Sequence record: NC_048164.1
Source of the DNA: Escherichia phage HZP2
Strand: one strand, 5' to 3'
Length of the DNA stretch: 32,448 nucleotides
Part shown: piece after piece, positions 6,780 through 17,113 of the stretch
How the letters are laid out: each line of letters starts with the position of its first letter
Position numbering within the stretch: the first letter of the stretch is position 1
Notes under the pieces: model-generated
Database searches by the model: none
What the model saw: only the letters and a program-made list of their open reading frames with translations
What the model was told of the DNA's origin: nothing
Program-made: the position numbers and the translations under genes

Positions 6780-9431
6780 ATGAGCACGATTAACATCGCT
6801 AAGAACGATTTCTCTGACATCGAACTAGCCGCTATCCCGTTCAATACTCTGGCTGACCACTACGGTGAGCGTCTAGCTCGCGAGCAGTTGGCCCTTGAGC
6901 ATGAGTCTTACGAAATGGGTGAAGCACGTTTCCGCAAGATGTTTGAGCGTCAACTCAAGGCCGGTGAGGTTGCAGACAACGCTGCCGCTAAGCCTCTTAT
7001 TACTACCCTGCTCCCCAAGATGATTGCACGCATCAACGATTGGTTTGAGGAAGTGAAAGCTAAGCGTGGCAAACGTCCAACCGCTTTCCAGTTCCTGCAG
7101 GGAATCAAGCCGGAATCTGTAGCGTATATCACCATTAAGACTACTCTTGCTTGCCTAACGAGCGTGGACAATACAACCGTTCAGGCTGTAGCAAGCGCCA
7201 TCGGACGGGCTATCGAGGAAGAAGCTCGCTTCGGTAGAATCCGTGACCTAGAAGCTAAGCACTTCAAGAAAAACGTTGAGGAACAACTAAACAAGCGCGT
7301 AGGGCACGTCTATAAGAAGGCATTCATGCAGGTAGTCGAGGCTGATATGCTCTCTAAGGGTCTACTAGGTGGCGAGGCGTGGTCTTCATGGCACAAGGAA
7401 GACTCCATTCACGTAGGTGTGCGCTGCATTGAGATGCTCATTGAGTCCACCGGAATGGTTAGCCTGCACCGCCAAAATGCTGGCGTAGTGGGCCAAGACT
7501 CTGAGACTATCGAGCTGGCACACGAATACGCTGAGGCTATCGCAACCCGCGCTGGGGCACTGGCTGGCATCTCTCCGATGTATCAGCCTTGCATAGTCCC
7601 TCCTAAGCCTTGGACTGGTGTAACTGGTGGTGGCTACTGGGCCAACGGTCGCCGCCCTCTGGTACTGGTACGCACTCACAGCAAGAAGGCACTGATGCGC
7701 TACGAAGATGTTTACATGCCTGAGGTATACAAGGCGATCAACATTGCGCAAAACACCGCATGGAAAATCAACAAGAAAGTCCTAGCAGTCGCCAACGTGA
7801 TAACCAAGTGGAAGCACTGCCCAGTCGAGGACATCCCTTCGATTGAGCGTGAAGAACTCCCGATGAAACCGGAAGACATCGACACGAATCCTGAGGCTCT
7901 CACCGCTTGGAAACGTGCTGCCGCTGCTGTGTACCGTAAAGACAAGGCACGCAAGTCTCGCCGCATCAGCCTTGAGTTCATGCTTGAGCAAGCCAATAAG
8001 TTTGCGAACCGTAAGGCCATCTGGTTCCCTTACAACATGGACTGGCGTGGCCGTGTGTACGCTGTGTCAATGTTTAATCCGCAAGGTAACGACATGACCA
8101 AAGGTCTGCTGACACTGGCTAAAGGTAAACCAATCGGCAAGGAAGGATTTTACTGGCTGAAAATCCACGGGGCCAACTGCGCGGGGGTCGATAAGGTTCC
8201 ATTCCCTGAGCGCATCAAGTTCATTGAGGACAACCACGATAATATCATGGCGTGCGCTAAGTCTCCACTTGAAAACACTTGGTGGGCTGAGCAAGATTCT
8301 CCGTTCTGCTTCCTCGCGTTCTGCTTTGAGTACGCTGGGGTACAGCACCACGGATTGAGCTACAACTGCTCGCTGCCGCTGGCGTTCGATGGGTCTTGCT
8401 CTGGCATCCAGCACTTCTCCGCAATGCTCCGCGACGAGGTAGGTGGTCGTGCTGTTAACCTACTGCCTAGCGAAACCGTTCAGGACATCTACGGGATTGT
8501 TGCCAAGAAAGTCAACGAGATTCTGCAAGAGGATGCAATCAACGGGACCGATAACGAAGTGATTACCGTGACCGATGAGAACACGGGCGAAATCTCTGAG
8601 AAAATCAAGCTGGGTACTAAAGCACTGGCTGGTCAATGGTTGGCCTACGGTGTGACCCGTAGCGTCACTAAACGTTCAGTCATGACGCTGGCCTATGGTT
8701 CCAAAGAGTTCGGCTTCCGTCAGCAAGTTCTGGAGGATACCATACAGCCAGCTATTGATTCAGGCAAAGGTCTGATGTTCACCCAACCCAATCAGGCCGC
8801 TGGGTACATGGCTAAGCTGATTTGGGAATCTGTGAGCGTTACCGTAGTGGCTGCTGTAGAGGCCATGAACTGGCTCAAGTCTGCCGCTAAGTTGTTGGCT
8901 GCTGAGGTCAAAGATAAGAAGACTGGTGAGATTCTTCGCAAGCGTTGCGCGGTGTATTGGGTAACTCCTGATGGCTTCCCTGTGTGGCAGGAATACAAGA
9001 AGCCTATTCAGACTCGCTTGAACCTGATGTTCCTCGGTCAGTTCCGCTTACAGCCAACCATTAACACTAACAAGGATAGTGAGATTGATGCACACAAACA
9101 GGAGTCCGGTATTGCCCCTAACTTTGTACACAGCCAAGACGGTAGCCACCTGCGTAAGACTGTAGTGTGGGCACATGAGAAGTACGGAATCGAATCGTTT
9201 GCATTGATTCACGACTCCTTCGGGACCATTCCGGCTGACGCTGCCAACCTATTCAAGGCTGTTCGTGAGACTATGGTTGACACCTACGAGTCCTGCGATG
9301 TACTTGCAGACTTCTACAACCAGTTCGCTGACCAGTTACATGAGTCTCAACTTGATAAAATGCCAGCACTTCCGGCTAAAGGTAGCTTGAATTTACGAGA
9401 CATCTTAGAGTCAGACTTCGCGTTTGCGTAA
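6780..9431 (+). CDS. 1: single-subunit DNA-directed RNA polymerase (T7 gp1 homolog)
   Basis: 883 aa, near-identical to T7 RNAP over its whole length (MSTINIAKNDFSDIELAAIPFNTLADHYGERLAREQLALEHESYEMGEARF ... HDSFGT ... DFAFA). Confidence 0.98.
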   Translation: MSTINIAKNDFSDIELAAIPFNTLADHYGERLAREQLALEHESYEMGEARFRKMFERQLKAGEVADNAAAKPLITTLLPKMIARINDWFEEVKAKRGKRPTAFQFLQGIKPESVAYITIKTTLACLTSVDNTTVQAVASAIGRAIEEEARFGRIRDLEAKHFKKNVEEQLNKRVGHVYKKAFMQVVEADMLSKGLLGGEAWSSWHKEDSIHVGVRCIEMLIESTGMVSLHRQNAGVVGQDSETIELAHEYAEAIATRAGALAGISPMYQPCIVPPKPWTGVTGGGYWANGRRPLVLVRTHSKKALMRYEDVYMPEVYKAINIAQNTAWKINKKVLAVANVITKWKHCPVEDIPSIEREELPMKPEDIDTNPEALTAWKRAAAAVYRKDKARKSRRISLEFMLEQANKFANRKAIWFPYNMDWRGRVYAVSMFNPQGNDMTKGLLTLAKGKPIGKEGFYWLKIHGANCAGVDKVPFPERIKFIEDNHDNIMACAKSPLENTWWAEQDSPFCFLAFCFEYAGVQHHGLSYNCSLPLAFDGSCSGIQHFSAMLRDEVGGRAVNLLPSETVQDIYGIVAKKVNEILQEDAINGTDNEVITVTDENTGEISEKIKLGTKALAGQWLAYGVTRSVTKRSVMTLAYGSKEFGFRQQVLEDTIQPAIDSGKGLMFTQPNQAAGYMAKLIWESVSVTVVAAVEAMNWLKSAAKLLAAEVKDKKTGEILRKRCAVYWVTPDGFPVWQEYKKPIQTRLNLMFLGQFRLQPTINTNKDSEIDAHKQESGIAPNFVHSQDGSHLRKTVVWAHEKYGIESFALIHDSFGTIPADAANLFKAVRETMVDTYESCDVLADFYNQFADQLHESQLDKMPALPAKGSLNLRDILESDFAFA

Positions 9432-9439
9432 CGTCAAAT

Positions 9440-9462
9440 TAATACGACTCACTATAGAGGGA
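9440..9462 (+). promoter_or_regulatory. T7 RNAP promoter (phi1.1A-like)
   Basis: TAATACGACTCACTATAGAGGGA. Confidence 0.85.
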
Positions 9463-9505
9463 CAAACTCAAGGTCACTTAAACGGGTGGCCTTTTATGAT
9501 TGACC
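9463..9505 (+). promoter_or_regulatory. RNase III processing site (R1.1-like)
   Basis: CAAACTCAAGGTCACTTAAACGGGTGGCCTTTTATGATTGACC. Confidence 0.6.
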
Positions 9506-9515
9506 TTCTTCCGGT

Positions 9516-9538
9516 TAATACGACTCACTATAGGGAAG
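9516..9538 (+). promoter_or_regulatory. T7 RNAP promoter (phi1.1B-like)
   Basis: TAATACGACTCACTATAGGGAAG. Confidence 0.85.
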
Positions 9539-9616
9539 ACCTTAAGGTTTAACTTTAAGACCCTTAAGTGTTAATTAAAGATTTAAATTAAAGATTACTA
9601 ATAGAGGACTTTAAGT

Positions 9617-9745
9617 ATGCGTAACTTCGAAAAGATGACCAAACGTTCTAACCGTAACGCTCATGACTTCGAGGCAACCAAGGGTCGTAAGTTGAATAAG
9701 ACAAAGCGTGATCGCTCACATAAACGTAGCTGGGAGGGTCAGTAA
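9617..9745 (+). CDS. 1.1: gp1.1 homolog (small basic protein)
   Basis: 42 aa MRNFEKMTKRSNRNAHDFEATKGRKLNKTKRDRSHKRSWEGQ, matches T7 gp1.1. Confidence 0.85.
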   Translation: MRNFEKMTKRSNRNAHDFEATKGRKLNKTKRDRSHKRSWEGQ

Positions 9746-9746
9746 G

Positions 9747-9995
9747 ATGGGTCGTTTATACAGTGGGAACCTGAATGACTTCAAGGCTGCAACAAATAAG
9801 CTGTTTGAGTTGGACCTTGCGGTAATATGTGATGACTCGCATGAAGACGATGGGTATATTCGAGTCCGCATCGAAGACAGAGATGGAAACATGATTGACG
9901 GCAGAGCATTCATTCATTACGATGAAGACGTCCTGTACTCTATGGCAACCGCTTGGCTGAACCGTATGTACGACCAGTTGAAGGACTGGAAGTAA
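9747..9995 (+). CDS. 1.2: gp1.2 homolog (inhibitor of host dGTP triphosphohydrolase in T7)
   Basis: 82 aa MGRLYSGNLNDFKAATNKLFELDLAVI...MYDQLKDWK, homologous to T7 gp1.2; the ORF-track start at 9708 is an upstream extension overlapping 1.1. Confidence 0.85.
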   Translation: MGRLYSGNLNDFKAATNKLFELDLAVICDDSHEDDGYIRVRIEDRDGNMIDGRAFIHYDEDVLYSMATAWLNRMYDQLKDWK

Positions 9996-10015
9996 TACGA
10001 CTCACTAAAGGGACA
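9993..10015 (+). promoter_or_regulatory. T7 RNAP promoter (phi1.3-like)
   Basis: TAATACGACTCACTAAAGGGACA. Confidence 0.8.
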
Positions 10016-10058
10016 ATGCTTAAGGTCGCTCATTGAGTGGCCTTAGTCATTTAACCAA
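10014..10058 (+). promoter_or_regulatory. RNase III processing site (R1.3-like)
   Basis: CAATGCTTAAGGTCGCTCATTGAGTGGCCTTAGTCATTTAACC. Confidence 0.55.
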
Positions 10059-10073
10059 TAGGAGATAAACATT

Positions 10074-11120
10074 ATGATGAACATTAAGACCAACCCGTTT
10101 AAAGCAACGTCTTTCGTAGAGTCTGCCATTAAGAAAGCTCTGGACAACGCTGGGTATCTTATCGCTGACATTAAGTATGATGGTGTACGTGGTAATATCT
10201 GCGTAGACAATACTGCTAACAGTTGCTGGCTCTCTCGTGTATCTAAAACGATTCCGGCACTGGAGCACCTAAACGGATTTGATGCGCGCTGGAAGCGTCT
10301 TCTGAATGATGACCGTTGCTTCTACAAAGATGGCTTTATGCTGGATGGGGAACTAATGGTCAAGGGAGTAGACTTCAACACTGGGTCTGGCCTACTGCGC
10401 ACCAAATGGACCGACACTAAGAACCAAGAGTTCCACGAAGAGTTATTCGTTGAACCAGTCCGTAAGAAAGACAAGGTTCCCTTTAAGCTGCACACTGGGC
10501 ATCTGTGCGTCAAACTGTATGCTATCCTCCCGCTTCACGTTGTAGAGTCTGGAGAAGACTGCGACATCATGACACTTCTTATGCAGGAACACGTTAAGAA
10601 CATGCTGCCTCTGCTACAGGAATACTTCCCTGAAATTGAATGGCAAGCGGCTGAATCTTATGAGGTCTACGATATGGTAGAACTACAGCAACTGTATGAG
10701 AAGAAGCGTGAAGAAGGCCATGAGGGTCTCATTGTGAAAGACCCCATGGGAATCTATAAGCGAGGTAAGAAGTCCGGCTGGTGGAAGATGAAACCTGAGA
10801 ACGAGGCTGACGGCATTATCCAAGGTCTGGTATGGGGTACGGAGGGTCTGGCTAACGAAGGCAAAGTGATCGGCTTTGAGGTGCTTCTTGAGAGTGGTCG
10901 TGTAGTAAACGCCACAAACATCTCTCGCGCCTTAATGGACGAGTTCACTACCAGAGTCAAAGAGCACAAAGCCTCAAGGCAGAACCATGAGTACCTGAAC
11001 CCGTTCCATGGATGGGCCTGCCAGATTAGCTACATGGAGGAAACACCGGATGGCTCTCTGCGCCACCCATCGTTCGTATGTTTCCGTGGCACCGAGGATA
11101 ACCCTCAAGAGAAAATGTAA
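10074..11120 (+). CDS. 1.3: ATP-dependent DNA ligase (T7 gp1.3 homolog)
   Basis: 348 aa; MMNIKTNPFKA...IKYDGVRGN (adenylation motif KxDG) ... near-identical to T7 ligase but ~11 aa shorter. Confidence 0.95.
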   Translation: MMNIKTNPFKATSFVESAIKKALDNAGYLIADIKYDGVRGNICVDNTANSCWLSRVSKTIPALEHLNGFDARWKRLLNDDRCFYKDGFMLDGELMVKGVDFNTGSGLLRTKWTDTKNQEFHEELFVEPVRKKDKVPFKLHTGHLCVKLYAILPLHVVESGEDCDIMTLLMQEHVKNMLPLLQEYFPEIEWQAAESYEVYDMVELQQLYEKKREEGHEGLIVKDPMGIYKRGKKSGWWKMKPENEADGIIQGLVWGTEGLANEGKVIGFEVLLESGRVVNATNISRALMDEFTTRVKEHKASRQNHEYLNPFHGWACQISYMEETPDGSLRHPSFVCFRGTEDNPQEKM

Positions 11121-11127
11121 TCACACT

Positions 11128-11158
11128 GGCTCACCTTCGGGTGGGCCTTTCTGCGTTT
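11128..11158 (+). terminator. early-transcription terminator TE (intrinsic terminator for host RNAP)
   Basis: GGCTCACC-TTCG-GGTGGGCC hairpin followed by TTTCTGCGTTTA; identical in sequence context to T7 TE (CTGGCTCACCTTCGGGTGGGCCTTTCTGCGTTTA). Confidence 0.85.
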
Positions 11159-11180
11159 AATACGACTCACTATAGGAGAT
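11158..11180 (+). promoter_or_regulatory. T7 RNAP promoter (phi1.5-like), directly abutting TE
   Basis: TAATACGACTCACTATAGGAGAT. Confidence 0.85.
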
Positions 11181-11187
11181 ACACATA

Positions 11188-11277
11188 ATGATGTACTTAC
11201 TTCCACTACTAATCATCATCATAGGATGCCTTGCGCTTCACTATAGCGACGACGACATGCCTGATGGTCACGCTTAA
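11188..11277 (+). CDS. 1.5: small hydrophobic protein (T7 gp1.5-like, 29 aa)
   Basis: [29 protein letters not shown], between two T7 promoters as gene 1.5 is in T7; too short for the ORF track. Confidence 0.55.
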   Translation: MMYLLPLLIIIIGCLALHYSDDDMPDGHA

Positions 11278-11297
11278 TACGACTCACTATAGGAGAC
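11275..11297 (+). promoter_or_regulatory. T7 RNAP promoter (phi1.6-like)
   Basis: TAATACGACTCACTATAGGAGAC. Confidence 0.85.
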
Positions 11298-11302
11298 ACT
11301 AT

Positions 11303-11566
11303 ATGTTCAGACTTCATTTCAACAAAAGTCTTAAGAATTTCACTGTTCGCCGTGCTGACCGTTCAATCGTATGTGCGAGCGAACGCCGAGCTAAGTTACC
11401 TCTTATTGGTGACACAGTTCCTTTGGCGCCGAGCGTCCACATCATTATCACTCGTGGTGACTTCGAGAAAGCAATAGACAAGAAACGTCCGGTTCTTAGT
11501 GTGGCAGTGACCCGCTTCCCGTTCATCCGTCTGTTACTCAAACGTATCAAGGAGGTGTTCTTATGA
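11303..11566 (+). CDS. 1.6: gp1.6 homolog
   Basis: 87 aa [87 protein letters not shown], matches T7 gp1.6; the ORF-track start at 11231 is an extension. Confidence 0.88.
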   Translation: MFRLHFNKSLKNFTVRRADRSIVCASERRAKLPLIGDTVPLAPSVHIIITRGDFEKAIDKKRPVLSVAVTRFPFIRLLLKRIKEVFL

Positions 11567-11830
11567 GCAAAGACATGGTAAACCAACCTGCCACTAAATC
11601 AATCGAAGGTGTCACTAAGCCTTCCCATTACATGCTGTTTGACGACATTGAGGCTATCGAAGTGATTGCCCGTTCGATGACCTGTGAGCAGTTCAAAGGT
11701 TATTGCTTCGGGAACGTCTTAAAATACAGACTACGTGCTGGTAAGAAGTCCGAACTGGCTTACTTAGAGAAGGACATGGCGAAAGCTGGGTTCTATGGTG
11801 AACTGTACGAGAAACATAAGGATAAGTGCT

Positions 11831-11844
<14 letters not shown>
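11563..11844 (+). CDS. 1.7: gp1.7 homolog, short form (C-terminal domain only; T7 gp1.7 is a nucleoside monophosphate kinase)
   Basis: 93 aa; residues [58 protein letters not shown] match the C-terminal half of T7 gp1.7 (196 aa); the N-terminal ~100 aa of the T7 protein have no counterpart here. Confidence 0.8.
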
Positions 11845-12164
<320 letters not shown>

Positions 12165-12167
<3 letters not shown>

Positions 12168-12187
12168 TACGACTCACTATTGGGGAA
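12165..12187 (+). promoter_or_regulatory. T7 RNAP promoter (phi2.5-like)
   Basis: TAATACGACTCACTATTGGGGAA. Confidence 0.8.
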
Positions 12188-12232
12188 GACTCCCTCTGAG
12201 AAACTAAACGAAACCTAAAGGAGATTAACATT

Positions 12233-12934
12233 ATGGCTAAGAAGATTTTCACCTCTGCGCTGGGTACTGCTGAGCCTTACGCATACATCGCTAAGCCGGA
12301 CTACGGTAACGAAGAGCGTGGCTTTGGGAACCCTCGTGGTATCTTTAAAGTTGACCTGACCATTCCCAACAAAGACCCGCGTTGTCAACGCATGGTCGAT
12401 GAAATCGTGAAGTGCCACGAAGAGGCTTATGCTGCTGCCGTTGAGGAATATGAGGCCAACCCGCCGGTAGTAGCTCGTGGTAAGAAGAAACCTATTGAAC
12501 CTTATGAGGGAGACATGCCGTTCATTGATAATGGTGACGGTACGACTACCTTTAAGTTCAAGTGCTACGCTTCCTTCCAAGACAAGAAGACCAAAGAGAC
12601 CAAGCACATCAATCTGGTTGTGGTTGACTCCAAAGGTAAGAAGATGGAAGACGTGCCGATCATTGGTGGCGGCTCTAAGCTGAAAGTCAAGTATTCGCTG
12701 GTCCCGTACAAGTGGAACAACGCTGTAGGTGCGAGCGTTAAGCTGCAATTGGAATCCGTTATGTTGGTCGAACTGGCTACCTTTGGTGGCGGTGAAGACG
12801 ATTGGGCTGACGAAGTTGAAGAGAACGGCTATGTTGCCTCTGGTTCTGCCAAAGCGAGCAAACCACGCGACGAAGAAAGCTGGGACGAAGACGACAGTGA
12901 GTCCTACGAAGAAGACGAAGACGGAGACTTCTAA
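12233..12934 (+). CDS. 2.5: single-stranded DNA-binding protein (T7 gp2.5 homolog)
   Basis: 233 aa MAKKIFTSALGTAEPYAYIAKPDYGNEERGFGNPRG... with acidic C-terminal tail ..EDEDGDF characteristic of gp2.5. Confidence 0.95.
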   Translation: MAKKIFTSALGTAEPYAYIAKPDYGNEERGFGNPRGIFKVDLTIPNKDPRCQRMVDEIVKCHEEAYAAAVEEYEANPPVVARGKKKPIEPYEGDMPFIDNGDGTTTFKFKCYASFQDKKTKETKHINLVVVDSKGKKMEDVPIIGGGSKLKVKYSLVPYKWNNAVGASVKLQLESVMLVELATFGGGEDDWADEVEENGYVASGSAKASKPRDEESWDEDDSESYEEDEDGDF

Positions 12935-13390
12935 GTGGCTGGCGCATACGCTGCGCGTGGAATCAGAAAGGTCGGGACATTCCGTTCCGGCCTAGAAGAT
13001 AAAGTCTCTAAGCAGCTAGAGGGTAAGGGTATCAAGTTCGACTATGAACTGTGGAAAATCCCTTACGTTGTCCCTGCGAGTAACCATGTCTACACTCCAG
13101 ACTTCCTGCTGCCTAACGGAATCTTTATTGAAACCAAAGGTTTATGGGAGAGTGACGACCGAAAGAAACACTTACTGATTCGCGAACAGTTTCCCGAACT
13201 GGACATCCGTCTGGTATTCTCAAGCTCACGCACCAAGCTGTACAAAGGGTCTCCGACCAGTTACGGTGAGTGGTGCGAGAAGCACGGCATACTGTTTGCT
13301 GACAAATTAATTCCGGTAGAATGGCTCAAAGAACCTAAAAAGGAGGTGCCATTTGACAAGTTAAAGCAATCTAAGGGAGGAAAGAAATAA
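12935..13390 (+). CDS. 3: endonuclease I, Holliday-junction resolvase (T7 gp3 homolog)
   Basis: 151 aa ..AGAYAARGIRKVGTFRSGLEDKVSKQLEGKGIKFDYELWKIPYVVPASNHVYTPDFLLPNGIFIETKG... matches T7 gp3. Apparent GTG start at 12935 immediately after the gp2.5 stop, with GGAGA ~8 nt upstream. Confidence 0.9.
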   Translation: MAGAYAARGIRKVGTFRSGLEDKVSKQLEGKGIKFDYELWKIPYVVPASNHVYTPDFLLPNGIFIETKGLWESDDRKKHLLIREQFPELDIRLVFSSSRTKLYKGSPTSYGEWCEKHGILFADKLIPVEWLKEPKKEVPFDKLKQSKGGKK

Positions 13391-13845
13391 TGGCTCGTGT
13401 ACAGTTTAAACCACGTGAATCTACTGACGCAATCTTTGTCCACTGCTCTGCTACTAAGCCAAGTCAGAATGTAGGTGTCCGTGAGATTCGTCAGTGGCAT
13501 AAAGAGCAAGGTTGGCTTGATGTGGGGTATCACTTTATCATCAAGCGCGATGGTACCGTGGAGGAAGGCCGAGATGAGATGGCTGTGGGTTCTCACGCCA
13601 AGGGTCACAACCATAACTCAATCGGTGTCTGCCTCGTTGGTGGCATTGACGATAAAGGTAAGTTCGAAGCTAACTTTACGCCAGCCCAAATGCAATCCCT
13701 CCGCTCACTGCTTGTCACACTACTGGCTAAGTATAAAGGCGCTGTTCTTCGAGCGCATCACGATGTGGCTCCGAAGGCTTGCCCTTCGTTCGACCTTAAA
13801 CGTTGGTGGGAGACGAACGAACTGGTCACGTCAGACCGTGGCTAA
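13390..13845 (+). CDS. 3.5: lysozyme / N-acetylmuramoyl-L-alanine amidase and RNAP inhibitor (T7 gp3.5 homolog)
   Basis: 151 aa MARVQFKPRESTDAIFVHCSATKPSQNVGVREIRQWHKEQGWLDVGYHFIIKRDGTVEEG..., near-identical to T7 lysozyme. Confidence 0.95.
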   Translation: MARVQFKPRESTDAIFVHCSATKPSQNVGVREIRQWHKEQGWLDVGYHFIIKRDGTVEEGRDEMAVGSHAKGHNHNSIGVCLVGGIDDKGKFEANFTPAQMQSLRSLLVTLLAKYKGAVLRAHHDVAPKACPSFDLKRWWETNELVTSDRG

Positions 13846-13846
13846 T

Positions 13847-13869
13847 TAATTGAACTCACTATAGGGAGA
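13847..13869 (+). promoter_or_regulatory. T7 RNAP promoter (phi3.8-like)
   Basis: TAATTGAACTCACTATAGGGAGA. Confidence 0.8.
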
Positions 13870-13905
13870 CCACAACGGTTTCCCTTTAAACACAAGGAGG
13901 AATCT

Positions 13906-16066
<2,161 letters not shown>

Positions 16067-16084
16067 AAGGATTCTTGACGATTT

Positions 16085-16107
16085 CAATACGACTCACTAA
16101 AGGAGAC
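16085..16107 (+). promoter_or_regulatory. T7 RNAP promoter (phi4.3-like)
   Basis: CAATACGACTCACTAAAGGAGAC. Confidence 0.8.
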
Positions 16108-16112
16108 ACATC

Positions 16113-16325
16113 ATGTTTAAACTGATTAAGAAATTAGGCCAACTGCTGGTTCGTATGTACAACGTGGAAGCCAAACGTCTGAACGATGAGGCCCGTAAAG
16201 AGGCCACACAGTCACGCGCTCTGGCTATTCGCTCCAACGAACTGGCTGACAGTGCATCAAATAAAGTTACCGAGGCCGCTCGTGTAGCTAATCAAGCTCA
16301 ACAGCTTTCCAAATTCTTTGAGTAA
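16113..16325 (+). CDS. 4.3: gp4.3 homolog
   Basis: 70 aa MFKLIKKLGQLLVRMYNVEAKRLNDEARKEATQSRALAIRSNELADSASNKVTEAARVANQAQQLSKFFE, matches T7 gp4.3. Confidence 0.88.
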   Translation: MFKLIKKLGQLLVRMYNVEAKRLNDEARKEATQSRALAIRSNELADSASNKVTEAARVANQAQQLSKFFE

Positions 16326-16344
16326 TTAAACAGGAGAAACTACC

Positions 16345-16614
16345 ATGACACAAGTAGCTGAAACTATCCGTCTATCCGATACCGCAGACCAATGGAACCG
16401 CCGAGTTCACATCAACGTTCGTAACGGAAAGGCTACCATGGTTTACCGCTGGAAGGACTCTAAGTCCTCTAAGAATCACACTCAGCGTATGACGTTGACG
16501 GACGAGCAAGCACTGCGTCTGGTCAATGCACTTACCAAAGCTGCCGTGACCGCAATCCATGAGGCTGGTCGCGTCAATGAAGCTATGGCTATCCTCGACA
16601 AGATTGATAGCTAA
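16345..16614 (+). CDS. 4.5: gp4.5 homolog
   Basis: 89 aa MTQVAETIRLSDTADQWNRRVHINVRNGKATMVYRWKD..., matches T7 gp4.5. Confidence 0.88.
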   Translation: MTQVAETIRLSDTADQWNRRVHINVRNGKATMVYRWKDSKSSKNHTQRMTLTDEQALRLVNALTKAAVTAIHEAGRVNEAMAILDKIDS

Positions 16615-16617
16615 GAG

Positions 16618-16660
16618 TGGTATACTCAAGGTCGCCTTAGTGGTGGCCTTCATGAATACT
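16618..16660 (+). promoter_or_regulatory. RNase III processing site (R4.7-like)
   Basis: GTGGTATACTCAAGGTCGCCTTAGTGGTGGCCTTCATGAATACT. Confidence 0.55.
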
Positions 16661-16681
16661 ATTCAACTCACTATAGGAGAT
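16659..16681 (+). promoter_or_regulatory. T7 RNAP promoter (phi4.7-like)
   Basis: CTATTCAACTCACTATAGGAGAT. Confidence 0.75.
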
Positions 16682-16687
16682 ATTATC

Positions 16688-17095
16688 ATGCGTGACCCTA
16701 AAGTTATCAAAGCAGAAATCGCTAAACTGGAAGCTGAACTTGAGGACGTTAAGTACCATGAAGCCAAGACTCGCTCCGCTGTTCACATTTTGAAGAACTT
16801 AGGGTGGACTTGGACACGACAGGCTGGCTGGAAGAAGCCGGAAGTTTACAAGCTGAGCCACAAGGTGTTTGATAAGGACACTATGACCCACATCAAGGCT
16901 GGTGATTGGGTTAAGGTTGACATGGTAGTTGTTGGTGGATATGGCTATGTCCGCTCAGTGAGTGGTAAATATGCACAAGTGTCATACATCACAGGTGTTA
17001 CTCCACGAGGAGCAATCGTTGCAGACAAGACCAACATGATTCACACAGGCTTCTTGACGGTTGTCTCGTATGAAGATATTGTTAAGTCACGATAA
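16688..17095 (+). CDS. 4.7: gp4.7 homolog
   Basis: 135 aa MRDPKVIKAEIAKLEAELEDVKYHEAKTRSAVHILKNLGWTWTRQAGWKKPEV..., matches T7 gp4.7; ORF-track start 16559 is an extension through the RNase III site and promoter. Confidence 0.88.
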   Translation: MRDPKVIKAEIAKLEAELEDVKYHEAKTRSAVHILKNLGWTWTRQAGWKKPEVYKLSHKVFDKDTMTHIKAGDWVKVDMVVVGGYGYVRSVSGKYAQVSYITGVTPRGAIVADKTNMIHTGFLTVVSYEDIVKSR

Positions 17096-17113
17096 TCAAT
17101 AGGAGAAATCAAT

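Noticed and set aside
12215-12748. 177-aa minus-strand ORF opposite the SSB gene 2.5
   Set aside because: Antisense to a highly conserved gene on the uniformly transcribed strand; no expression signals; judged spurious.
13475-13849. Plus-strand alternative-frame ORFs overlapping known genes (for example 13475-13849 in lysozyme, 12729-12995, 15735-16100, 24990-25247)
   Set aside because: Out-of-frame ORFs inside conserved genes with no RBS and no known T7 counterparts.
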